Part shown: one piece after another, positions 12,917 to 24,468 of the stretch
Layout: every line of letters begins with the position of its first letter
How positions within the stretch are numbered: the stretch's first letter is position 1
Assembly (NCBI GenBank): GCA_043228905.1
Contig: JBHGNT010000005.1
Span: 17,608,001-17,672,000, forward strand
From: Azolla caroliniana
Lineage: Eukaryota > Plantae > Polypodiophyta
Reading direction: 5' to 3'
DNA: 64,000 nucleotides
Notes under the pieces: model-generated
Databases searched by the model: none
What the model was told of the DNA's origin: nothing
The model's input: only the letters and a program-made list of their open reading frames with translations
Translations under genes and position numbers: made by a program

Positions 12917-13776
12917 CATTGCCTTATGATAGTAAACTTTCTTTCCTTCTATGTGTTGCTCTTAGCTAATTTTTTGTCTTAAGTTCTTATTTAATCAATT
13001 TTTATTAAGTACTCGTTGAATCACTTTTTTGTCAAATTTTTTTTTTGGTCTTAAGTTTTTAAGTATTTATTTAATCATTTTTTATTAAGTACTTGTTTAA
13101 TAATCATTTTTATTACGTACTTGTTTAACCCCTTTTTTTAAGTACGTGTTCAATCATTTTTTGGTCTAACTTTTTGTTTGAGTATTCTCCTCTCTTAATA
13201 ATAATCATTCTCTTCTTAGCCATGACCCCTTTCTTTAATCTTAATCCCTCCCTTCTCTTTTAATCATAACCTTGCTTTAAGTGTTTGCCCAAGTGTTTTC
13301 TTATCTAAGTATATGTTTAAACATTCGTTTAAGTACTTTGTTTTAGCAACCACTTCCCCCTTAATCATAATCCCTTCTTAACCATAATCATTTTTTAATC
13401 GCAATCTCTTTTTTTTAATAATAATCTTTCTTTTAAGTGTATGTTTAAGTGTGTGTTTAAACAACTCCCTTTCATCTAAGCGTGTGATCATGTTTTAATA
13501 ATACTCTATATTGGTGTTTTAATAATACTCTATTGGTGTCTAATAACTTAAGTTATCCCAATGATCTTTAATATGTTCTAAAAACTTTGATTAGGTTTAA
13601 ATACTTTTGATATCATCAACACGCTACACTCCCCTAACCCCCACCCACGCCCTTACTTTTCTATTCCCCTAAAACTATATCACTACTTAGGTTTAGACAT
13701 AAAAATAAGATCTAAACTTGAGTCCACCCCAAACAACCCTCGATGAAGAGCTGCACACTTTAAGCAATCTTAAAAA

Positions 13777-14221
13777 AGTTTAAAGCCTGTTTTGGAGATA
13801 CTGACAACATAAGGACAACAATCAACAAAATCCGACGATTACGCCAAGGTGATCGTCCAGCCTCCGCATACGCTGTAGATTTCCGCCTACTCGCCACCGA
13901 TATCCCTTGGGATGATCAAGCATTGATGGAGCAATTTTGTTATAGTTTACGTAACGATGTCAAGGATTTACTCTTGACCTTCCCTGAAGAACCAAAGTCA
14001 TTAACAAAAGCAATTAGTCGCACGGTGAGATGCGACAACCGCCTTTTCGAACGACGTTCGAAACGACAATTCCAGATGCCAAGGGCAAGATCAAAGCCCA
14101 CCTATGCCTCAGTGGTAGTGAAATCTTTTCCGAGGGAGTCATATGATGCGTCTCCAATGTCATCGCGAACCATTATCGGAAGAAGAAAAGCAGCGACGTC
14201 TAGTAAATAGACTATGTCTTC
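13777..14221 (+). mobile_element. Chromovirus A gag resumes; first 347 bp duplicate 296-642
   Basis: Direct repeat of 296-642, then new Gag sequence LSEEEKQRRLVNRLCL (start of the zinc knuckle). Confidence 0.88.
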
Positions 14222-14801
14222 GAACATGGCCATGGCTTCGAACAACAAATATCAAGCAGAGCTGGCAACACGAGTGTATCAGTTTACAGCATGGACGCAC
14301 CAAGGTTCCTGTACCTATGGAAATGTTGGCTGGGGTGGAGGATGCTGAATTGGAAGCGTACCTTGACGAACATCCTCAGATTATTCCGCTGTTCGAAATA
14401 GATGTCATCGCAATTGCGACAGAATATACTACGGCCACTGTTCCGCACGAAGAGCCATATGAACCAAACCTAGAGTCCATATTGGAACTCAACAGAGCAC
14501 GGGCGGCATTCGAAAGGGAAATGGAGATTTCACGACAAGTCACCGCTTTCGCTCTCGACGAAGTGAATGTGGGTACGGAATCGGAACACTGGTTCCTCTC
14601 GATAGCAAAGGAATTAAGGCCGGACCAGAGAATCACAATGATCGCACTACTCACGGAATATAAAGATGTGTTCGCTTGGGCTCACGAGGACATGAAGGGG
14701 TTAGATCCCAAGTTCTATCAGCATAAGATCAATTTAGCAACGGACACGAAACCTGTCCAGCAGCACCGCTACCGCATGAACCCCAATTACACGACCCGCG
14801 T

Positions 14802-15527
14802 TGTCGTAGTGTATTTTTTACACTACGTGGAAAACGTATATAGTATTAGATTCAATAAAAAATGAAGAAATAGAAGAAAATAGCAAAATAAATGGAACAT
14901 GCATAGGGCAAGATTCGAACCTTGCATCTCCATGTTAATAATGTAATGTCTTACCATTACACTAGCATTTCATTAGTGTTAAAGCATAGATGTCCCACAT
15001 AGAAAGGTAAATTCACGCTAGGATAAACATTAGAAAAACGCATAACAAAAGAAAAAGCTACACATACACATCTAGCGTGCATGATAAAAAACGCACAAGT
15101 TAGAAAAAAGCATGATCACTTTAGATAAAGCATATAGTCTATCTATAGGAAAAGCATGGGGTCTATAGTTAGAGAAAAAGCATGGATTACTAAGACTTCC
15201 TCATCACTACATAAGGATGGGGAGCACAATGTAATTGTGTGTGAAATACTTGGAAACTGGATATGTTTCTAAAAAACACCAATTAATAAACTATACTCGT
15301 GGGATTCACGAGGATTCTATATCATTCTCTTTCAACCCAAATTTATATTCTTATATTCATATTGATTAATCAAATACAATACACTCGTGGGATTCACGAG
15401 TTTGCTATAACTCTTTCTTACAACATATTTATATTCTTATTAGCCTTAAAACTCTCCTCTTCCTAGTCCAAAACCCCAGCGGTTCCCACCCGACTCACGC
15501 AACGATCTGGCGCCGAAAGGCACGACA
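14802..15527 (+). repeat. 5' LTR (726 bp)
   Basis: TGTCGT...ACGACA, near-identical to 17589-18314. Confidence 0.95.
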
Positions 15528-15531
15528 CAGT

Positions 15532-15549
15532 TGGTGAACCCGACGTGAA
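15532..15549 (+). promoter_or_regulatory. Primer-binding site for tRNA-Trp
   Basis: TGGTGAACCCGACGTGAA, complementary to the plant tRNA-Trp 3' end (…UUCACGUCGGGUUCACCA, from memory), 4 nt after the LTR. Confidence 0.85.
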
Positions 15550-15565
15550 GGCGGGTGGCAAGGAG

Positions 15566-17596
15566 ATGGAGAATCAACAAGAGGCGATGAACATGATGAT
15601 GATAATGTTTGAGCGGATGCAACAAGAACAACGTGCGATGTCGGAGATGAAGGCGGCAGTAGAGCGGCTTCTGCGACGAAACGGGGAATTCAACGGTAAG
15701 GGTGTGTCACGCTACCTACGTGAATATAAGGCGGAGATGATGCAATATCGGATACCGGAAGGATTGCAAGTGATATCCTTTAGTCGGGTGGCCTCGGACG
15801 AACTACAAGAGAGAATCCACAAGATACAACAACAAAACTCGACATGGGAGTCCTTTGAATAAGCTTTACGGGAGGCATATGACTATGAGAGATGGACGGG
15901 ACGAGATCGACGAGAATTCGACGAATGGGTGGCGTCGGAGAAGACTCACCGAAGTGCAACGCAAGCGTTCCTAGAGTTTGAGCATCGTTTTGCTCGACTC
16001 TCGGAGCGGGAACGACGATTGGTGGGAGAGGATAAAGTCCTAATGTTCGTAAAATCAATCGATCGAAAAGAAAGGATGGACATCGGGATCGAACTCGAAG
16101 ATGATGACGGTGCGAACGGTCTTACCGAGGATTGGGCCAAAGTCGAAAGGGTATGCCGAAGACATGATGAAAGGAAGCTGAGAATCTCGTCAACAACGAC
16201 ATGGCCCATGAAGGATGGTCGATTGAGGAAAAACGATGAAGCCGATATGAAGGCCGAAATACAACATGATGGTGCGACGGAAGAGGGTGTAAAACAAGCT
16301 ACCCTCTTGTCTTGTGAAAGAACGATGGCGAAGGATAAGGCCGATAATTCAAGTGTAGAAGGAAATTTCGGGATACAAGTGCCCGAGACATCGGGTCAAA
16401 AAGGGGTAAGCATAATAGATGTTTGCATAATTGATGCAGATAAAGAGTGTGAAGCGGATGTGATTAAGGAGGTAGCCACAAAAGACGAAATCGAATCGGA
16501 GGTGGCTATGGACGAATCAATGGCGGATTGCCATATCGAGACTTCCCCACCACTGATTCCAGAGACTCCGGCGGTTGCGATCGAAAGGCAACGTGAGACC
16601 GAAGAGACGGAAGGTGGCGGAGAGAAAACGAATGTCGAAGCCGACGAATACGATGAAGAGATAGCCGAGAAGAATGCTAAGGGTGAAACTACGAAAGAAG
16701 GTAATACCGAGGATTCATGCCAACAATATCTAGAGACTTCGGCGGTTGTGTCCGAGAACCAACGTGAGACCGGAGAGACGGGAGATGGCGGCGAGGAAGG
16801 TAAAGTCGGAAGTCGGTTCAGATGGAAAATGATCCATCCGAAATTCCAATCTAAAAGAAAGTGCGACAATGCGGAGGTCGGGTCTACGACGGGAGAAGCG
16901 CGTAATACAGAGCACACTCTACGGCGAATAAAGAAACGCGTGTTATGGCGAATAAAGAAGCACGCGCTACGGCGAGAAAAGAAGCATGCATTACAACCAC
17001 ACGAGGACCGAACAACGAGCACATATCGGAGGACCTACATAGCGAACAACGGAAAGAAGTGCCGAAAGTCGAACCGGACAAGGCAGGTGAAAACGAAGAA
17101 AAGAAAGCAAATCCGGACGAAAAGAAAAGAAAAGAAACCGACCCGAAAGAGCACTGAATCGGTAAAAACCGATCAACCGAGTCTGGATCGACCGAATACA
17201 AATCGGAAAGGAAGCCGAACTAAACGAAAGACGATCCGACGAGACCGAATCGGAAGTAAGCTAATCCGACTAAACCGAAAATCCGAAAAGAAGTCGAGAT
17301 TGATGAAGAAAAGAAAGAGGGCAAGAAAAGATACTACCGCGGATGACAAGGACCAAGCGGGCCATGCAAAAAGCGAACGAAGACTATGGTGGATCGGATG
17401 TCGACAATGGTTCGGGTGGAAAGAATGGATGTGCTCCAAATGGAGAGACAAAATCAACATAACAAGAGAAGTCGAGGGTACTACGAGCCGGCAACGAAAC
17501 CAATCGGGTAGAGACCGGACGGAGGAGACTAACAAACACCAACAACTTCGGCACATACCGGAGGATGTGCGGGTTTGGAGGGGGCGAGTGTCGTAG
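15566..17596 (+). CDS. Gag-like N-terminus plus long acidic then highly basic extension; one in-frame TAA at 15860
   Basis: ORFs 15545-15862 and 15929-17596 share a frame. FNGKGVSRYLREY...TWESFE resembles a Ty3 capsid. No PR/RT/IN motifs. Confidence 0.7.
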
Positions 17597-18314
17597 TGTA
17601 TTTTGTACACTACGTGAAAAACGTATATAGTATTAGATTCAATAAAAAATGAAGAAATAGAAGAAAATAGCAAAATAAATGGAACATGCATAGGGCAAGA
17701 TTCGAACCTTGCATCTCCATGTTAATAATGTAATGTCTTACCATTACACTAGCATTTCATTAGTGTTAAAGCATAGATGTCCCACATAGAAAGGTAAATT
17801 CACGCTAGGATAAACATTAGAAAAACGCATAACAAAAGAAAAAGCTACACATACACATCTAGCGTGCATGATAAAAAACGCACAAGTTAGAAAAAAGCAT
17901 GATCACTTTAGATAAAGCATATAGTCTATCTATAGGAAAAGCATGGGGTCTATAGTTAGAGAAAAAGCATGGATTACTAAGACTTCCTCATCACTACATA
18001 AGGATGGGGAGCACAATGTAATTGTGTGTGAAATACTTGGAAACTGGATATGTTTCTAAAAAACACCAATTAATAAACTATACTCGTGGGATTCACGAGG
18101 ATTCTATATCATTCTCTTTCAACCCAAATTTATATTCTTATATTCATATTGATTAATCAAATACAATACACTCGTGGGATTCACGAGTTTGCTATAACTC
18201 TTTCTTACAACATATTTATATTCTTATTAGCCTTAAAACTCTCCTCTTCCTAGTCCAAAACCCCAGCGGTTCCCACCCGACTCACGCAACGATCTGGCGC
18301 CGAAAGGCACGACA
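17589..18314 (+). repeat. 3' LTR (726 bp) preceded by PPT GGAGGGGGCGAG
   Basis: Direct repeat of 14802-15527. Confidence 0.95.
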
Positions 18315-20914
18315 GCGTGAAAGAAGAAATTGACAAGCTGCTGAGGGCGGGGTTCATACGGCCAGTTAAACAAGCGACATGGCTAAACCTGATAGTGGTT
18401 GTCCCAAAGAAAAACGGCAAAATATGGGTACACGTAGATTACTGAAAATTAAACGTCGTAACCATTACAGACGCATTTCCCTTACCCTTCATCGATAGCG
18501 TGCTGGACGTCGTCGCATGCCATGAGATGTATAGTTTCTTAGATGGCTTCAGTGGCTATAACCAAGTACGCATGCACCCCGAGGACCAGGACAAGACGGT
18601 GTTTGTCACGGATTGGGGAGAGTATATGTGGCGGTCGTCATGATGTTCGGGCTAAAGACAGCGCCGACAACATTTCAACGAACGATTACGGAGATCTTTG
18701 GGGAATACATTCTAGCGTTCATGCAAGTCTTTTTAGACGATTTTGCGGTATATGGGCAAACAAAAGACCATTTTTCGCACTTATGTTTGTGCCTGGAACG
18801 TTGCCGCACCGCACGCTTAAGCCTGAATCCCGCGAAATGTGCCTTTTGCGTGACCAGCGGGACTCTCCTAGGCCACATTGTCAGCAAGGAAGGAATAGCG
18901 GTCGACCCAAACAAGATCTTCGCTATTACGGAAGCTAAAACTCCGACAAATGCCAAATCACTTAGCCGATTTTTGGGCCAAATACGGTGGCATAGTCAGA
19001 TGATACAGTATTTGGTGGACTTCGCCACACCACTACACGCTGCCGTACATCGGACTCCTTTCCAATGGACTGCAACAGAGGATAAGGCCTATGAGGCACT
19101 TAAGATAATGCTCACACAGGCCCCCGTCGTACAACCTCCAGTTTGGGCGAAGCCATTCCACATGTTCGTCGATGCCCCGGACATAGCAATAGGAAGCGCG
19201 CTAATGCAACTCACCGAACCAAACTGGTACAGGCCAGTATACTACGCAAGTCGTAAATTGTCAACAACAGAGCGTAACTATTCCACAACAGAGCGGGAGG
19301 CGCTAGGGATGATCTATAGCATCAATAAATTCTGACATTATTTACTAGGACGGAAATTCACGTTCCACATGGATCATTCGGCATTATTGTATTTGGTGGA
19401 GAAACAAGCCTTGATAGGGAAATTGGCGTGGTGGATGCTGTTGCTCTAGGAATTGAGTTCGTAATTCAACACCGGCCAGGGACGCAACACGCAATGGCGG
19501 ATTTTTTGAGCAGATTGGAGAATGGAGAAACAGTATAGAAAGACGACGACGATTTTCTGGACGCCGACATCTGGTGAGTAGCGACACTTGCAGAAAAAAT
19601 GGAATCCACCTTTCCGGACCGATGGCTTATGGAAATGACGTACTTTTTAACTACAGGACTACCTCCACCACAATTACGCACGGACGAGAAGAAACGACTA
19701 CCCGTCAGAAGACGTCACTTCTGCCTTGTCGAAGGGAATTTATATCACAAAGGAAGTGACGGCATTTGGCGACGTGGAGTCCGTCAGGATGAGAAAGAAG
19801 TAGTTTTACGGGAGGCACACTGCGGCACGATCGGCGGCCATTACGCGGGCAACATGACAGCCCGCAAAGTATGGCCAACAACACAGAAGGACACATCCGA
19901 GTATTGTAGAAAGTGTGATTTGTGCCAGTGGATGGGTCAGCCCGCGGAGGACGCAAGGATGCCACACCAGCCCGTATTACCACTAGACCCCTTCCAAAAG
20001 TGGGGATTAGATTTTGTGGGGCCCTTCACACCAGCAGTGGCCCGTACGGGCAACAAATACATATTGGTAGCCACGAATTACTGTACCAAATGGGTAGAAG
20101 CAAAGGCACTACGTCAAAATACAGCGGCCGTCACAGCCAAATTTCTTTACGAGCACATCTGGTGCCGGTTCGGCTGTCCGATTGAGCTCATCAGTGACCA
20201 GGGGAGCCACTTCCTCAATACGGTGGTTCGGGAACTAACACAACATTACGTAGTAGTCCACAAGAAGAGCACGCCATACTACCCACAGGCGAATGGATTA
20301 GCGGAATCCATGAACAAAACTTTACAGACCATTTTGAAGAAAACCGTCAATGAAAATAAAACGGACTGGGATACCAAACTCCAAAGTGCGTTATGGGCGT
20401 ACAGAACTAGTTACAAAACAAGCATACAGTCAACACCGTTCTAGCTAGCGTTTGGACTAGAGGTTGTGATGCCGGTCGAATTTCGGGTACCTAGTTTGCG
20501 CATTCAGGTACGGAACCGATTATCAAAAGCCAAGTCGGAGGAAGAACGACTCTACCAACTCCTTGAACTAGGGGAAAAATGCGTCCACAACATGGTTGTG
20601 TTGGAATAGGAACAACGACGGCGTAAAGCGTTTGTCGATCGACATCGGAGGGCGAGGGAAAGGAGTTCGTCGTGGGCCGAGCGGTGCTAGTTTTTCAAAC
20701 GCGCATGGGCCATATGCCGGGGAAGTTACGTTTCCGCTGGACCGGCCCATACTGGATAATTGGAGCGGAACAGGGCACGTTCCAACTAGGAACGCTGGCT
20801 GGAGAAATAGTACGGCAAAAAGTGAATGGGTTTCGGCTCAAACCTTACCTGGGCCCTACGCCACCTAACCCATTCACCGCCGAACGGGACAAAGCCGGAG
20901 AACCCGCAGCGTAA
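18315..20914 (+). pseudogene. pol of Gypsy B (RT-RNase H-integrase), with frameshifts and stops
   Basis: ORFs 18613-19335, 19599-20444 and 20672-20914 (GKLRFRWTGPY, GPY/F module). Confidence 0.92.
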
Positions 20915-21064
20915 AATGGACAGTCCCATTTGTACTATAATGTAAAAATAGGTTGTAAATAACCGTTATAAAAAAAAAATGAAAAAAAAGAGAGAGAAGA
21001 TAGCAACTATTAAAACGACTAAAGGCATGCACAAACTCCTAGTTCAAGAACACGCGGCACCACA

Positions 21065-23981
21065 ATGGCTCACCGCCCAATGAACCCTAAGCCACAAAAA
21101 GAAGGAAACAGAAGATTTTCTGCACAAAGCAGAAACCCATCTTCTAGCTATCAGCACTCCCATCACTCCTCCTCCTCACCTTCTTCCCCATCCTATCTCA
21201 GAGCTCCAACTCACCACTACTACCCGTCTCCTCTCCACGAACCTACTCTAGCGATGCCGATCTTCATCTCTACTACCCTACGCCGATGGCTCGTGGAGAA
21301 GCGCCTAGATGGTTACATTCGGGTCCCAGAAGCACCTCCGCACCCGTACGCCATGGACATCGCCAGGCAGCTTAACATCGACACGGTCACCAACTCTTCC
21401 ATTCGGAAGAAGTTAGACCTATCCTCACTAGGCGAAAGACATTTCGAAATACCTGCTACAGAGGCGCTGCAGCGGTATTTTGGCCCATATTCATCCTCTG
21501 CCAAGGCCTATAGAACAAAACAGATTCCGGATCCCTTCTTCCGTGAAGTTGCCAAGTTCCTACTGGAAGTCGGCTGCGTCCATGTCAACGCATACGGGAT
21601 GCCTAAGCAGAAGGCGGGCATCATTATCGACACCTTTGAAGGGTGTACAGTCGACTAGGGGGTCATCACAAGGCCGGCGTTAAGGGAAGGCTTGCATGCG
21701 TACCAAGCAGGCAAAAAGCTCAGGCCAATCATCCAACAATACCTTACGGTACTGTTTCCACCCCGAGGCCTGCCAGCGAAACGCAGATTAGCGGAGTTAG
21801 CGGCCCTAGAGTGGGAGGAGGAACCCCAACCGGCCCAGCCAGGCCCAAGGACAACACCTCCTACCGACCAGCCGGACACACGGGCGATGCAGGAGGAACA
21901 GCCGAGATGCCCCATGGAAGCAGCCCTAGAACCAAACACCGAAGCACGGCGGGAAAGCCCTAGACCAAAACGGCGCGGATTGGACAGGAAAGATGGGCGG
22001 GGGTTGGTAAAAAACGCCCCCATGGCTCCGGAGGCACCAACCAAAGGCGAAGGCTCCGCAACAGCAGAGCCAAATACCACCTTTGAAATCATCTGGGAGC
22101 CACGGCCGATTATTACGACTCAGTCCCAACGAGGGAAAGCCATATTGATGGCGGAAAGCGAGGTTTTGGCATATCCGGATATCCCGGATACGGCCCACGA
22201 ATTCAGCGCCCTCTTGCAGTTCGGTACCTCTTTCGAGCTCATGGAGTTCTTGGCAACACAACAGTTCAAAGCCACCCAACGAATGGCCGAGGAGCATGCG
22301 GAACGTCAGATGATAGAGCGCGCCCTAACACAAACAACGGAGAGCGACGATGAGGATCGGCTAGCCAGGGTCGGTAGACAGAGGAACGCCGGGGTACGGC
22401 GAGTAGGGATGGAGATACCACCCTTAAACACGACCCTAGTCGAAGTCCATCGGGAACTGGCAAAGGTCACCACGGGCGCGAAGGAGATGGCCATAAAAAA
22501 TAAGAATGTCTGGAAGAAGGTTAAACTGACCGAAGCCGAACTACAAAAGGCCAACGCACGCATCGCGGAGTTGGAAGCTCACGCAACTACGGCGCAACAC
22601 GAAACCCCGCCACCGAACCACGTTATCAACGCTCTAAAAGAAGAAATCGAGGCTGAGACCGCCATCGCCTCAAAAGCAAAAAGGGCCGTGCAGCTAGCGG
22701 AATCCGAAATTGACCATCTTCGAGCAGAACTATGCCAATCCTCCGACAGAGAAAAGGAGATACGGGCTAACGGACGGAAGGCTGTAAAACTCTTGAAGAG
22801 AAACTAGCTACGGAGGTAGCCCAGCATATCCGGACAAAAGATGACAATGCCCAATTACGAGAGGACGCGAAGAAATCAGAGGCAGCAATAGCGGGACTTC
22901 GGGCCTTATTAGAAAAAAAGAAGGTATGGTGCGATGAGCAGTTGGTGGTCGAACAAGACAGAAGGCATCAACTCGAAATCCGCCTAAACAATGAAATGGG
23001 GAAATTAGAAGAACAGCATGCAAAGGAATCCCAGTTGTGGGCGGGCTTGAAGGCCACGTATGAGGAAGCGGCAGCCGTTAAACAACAGGAAATCGCAAAT
23101 CTCCAGAAGTCGATGGAAGACGCACGCAACCGCTGCCAGGCCATCACGGATAACGTGCGCATCCTTCTCCAAACCAACCGGGAAAGGTTCACAGTGCAAT
23201 TGAAAATGCGCTGGACAAAGGATAGATGGCGTGGGCAACCCAAGTAGCGGAATTGCACGCGTATCGTGCGGACTGGGAGAACTGGCCGAAAGACGGCCGA
23301 GGGTTTTATAAGCTAAACGAGGAGAGCATTGCGACCGTACAGGAGGACCTAGCGCAAGACTATCGCGCGCTAGCAGACCAACACTCCGAAGAACTCGCAC
23401 AACTCCTAGATGATTTTGGTGAAAGTCAGGAGGAGCTATTTCACCAGATCACACAAGCCGGCAACACGCACACAAACGAGGAACCTAGTGGGACACCACT
23501 TCTTGTCACAACCGAAGAAGAGGAACCTCAGGCCCGATCACCAGGGATGACAACGGGGGAGAATAGCGGGGACCAACGAGCGGAGTTCCCCACAGGACCA
23601 GATAGCGAAACCATTACCCAACAAGAGGTCCAGCCGCACCAGCCCACACCATCTTCAGAAAATGTGGAAAATAGTGCGGACCAGGCGGAATCCCCGCCCC
23701 ACGCCCAGGGACACACAAAAATGGCCAACACCGCGGAGGACGTAACAATAGAGGCTGAGCTGCAACCGACTGCAAGCACGCCAACGGTAGAGCCCAGCCC
23801 ACTAACTCAAGAAGAGCCCACCGTACCCGGACCACCCGCACACGGCGAAGGCGACTCCGGGAGAAACCAGGCCGACCAAGCAGAGGAGCCGCACAACGAT
23901 GCACCTATGGGCCCTACATCAACTTCAGATGAGGACACCACAACAGAGCTGAACATCCGGGCCATTTTGGAAGAAGATTAA
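21065..23981 (+). pseudogene. Accessory ORF downstream of pol in Gypsy B (coiled-coil protein, unknown function)
   Basis: ORFs 21065-21658, 21692-22807, 22942-23247 and 23226-23981; homologous to ORFs 43466-44479/41464-43264 and 63079-63907. Confidence 0.8.
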
Positions 23982-24008
23982 TGGGATGGGTTCGACGTGC
24001 AAAGGCAC

Positions 24009-24026
24009 TGTCCCACAGGCGTGCCA
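24009..24026 (-). promoter_or_regulatory. Inverted PBS (tRNA 3'-end copy) at the PPT position of Gypsy B
   Basis: + strand TGTCCCACAGGCGTGCCA-TG-[TGTTG LTR]; no purine tract here. Confidence 0.8.
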
Positions 24027-24028
24027 TG

Positions 24029-24468
24029 TGTTGTCCGCCGGAATAGTAACCGACGGCCAAAAGCGTAGGAATAAGAAACTATATAAGAGCATAACGTATG
24101 TAACGGTTCACGTGGGAAGCATGAATGGCTAATTAGACCTTGCATATATAAAGGGCAGAAAACCTCTTATGGAGGTGCGTGTAAATTTTGGGGAATGTAA
24201 AGAATGCCTGATAATAGAATTCTATCTTCTCTGAGTTTTTGTGTATAGTTGCGGCTAATTCAGTGTCTGTGTCTCGGATATGTAAGCGTAGTAGTACATA
24301 AGTGTAACCTGTGATAAGGATTCGGTTGTAGCCGTCTTCCCTTATACGTGGAGGAATTACAGAGGTTCTCTCCTTACGCAGTACGCTTAAACCCTGTTCG
24401 TTGTTCCACACCCACCTTGGGGTCTAGGTCGAAGGACTGACCACGGACTGTGTTCCTAATAGGCAACA
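24029..24468 (+). repeat. 3' LTR of Gypsy B (440 bp)
   Basis: TGTTG...CAACA termini, TATATAAAG at ~24146; chromovirus RT resumes immediately after. Confidence 0.85.

Larger units (their letters stand above)
643..13776 (+). mobile_element. Penelope-like retroelement (PLE) apparently lacking an endonuclease; interrupted by a Sola2 transposon at 2524-12619
   Basis: PLE-type RT ORF, then TATA (CTATAAAAAG, ~12826) and a hammerhead ribozyme, then an AT-rich tail ending TAAAAAA. Bounded by a duplicated block of host gag (296-642 / 13777-14123). Boundaries are inferred from that duplication. Confidence 0.8.
14802..18314 (+). mobile_element. Young non-autonomous LTR retrotransposon (gag-only) inserted in the RT of element B
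   Basis: 726-bp LTRs TGT..ACA with only 2 visible differences; 4-bp TSD GCGT (14798-14801, 18315-18318); host RT NYTTR|VKEEIDK is restored on removal; PBS and PPT present. Confidence 0.95.
14222..24468 (+). mobile_element. Non-chromovirus Ty3/Gypsy element B (Athila/Selgy-like), 5'-truncated, with extra ORF and 3' LTR
   Basis: End of protease, RT (FMQVFLDDF), RNase H (YYASRKLS..ERNYSTTERE), integrase (HxxxxGGH, KWGLDFVGP, PQANGLAE). No chromodomain. Long downstream ORF; LTR 24029-24468. Confidence 0.9.

Noticed and set aside
13738-13772. Second hammerhead-like GATGAAGAGC...AAGCAA near the PLE end
   Set aside because: Lacks the CUGA start, the GAAA core and a convincing stem II.
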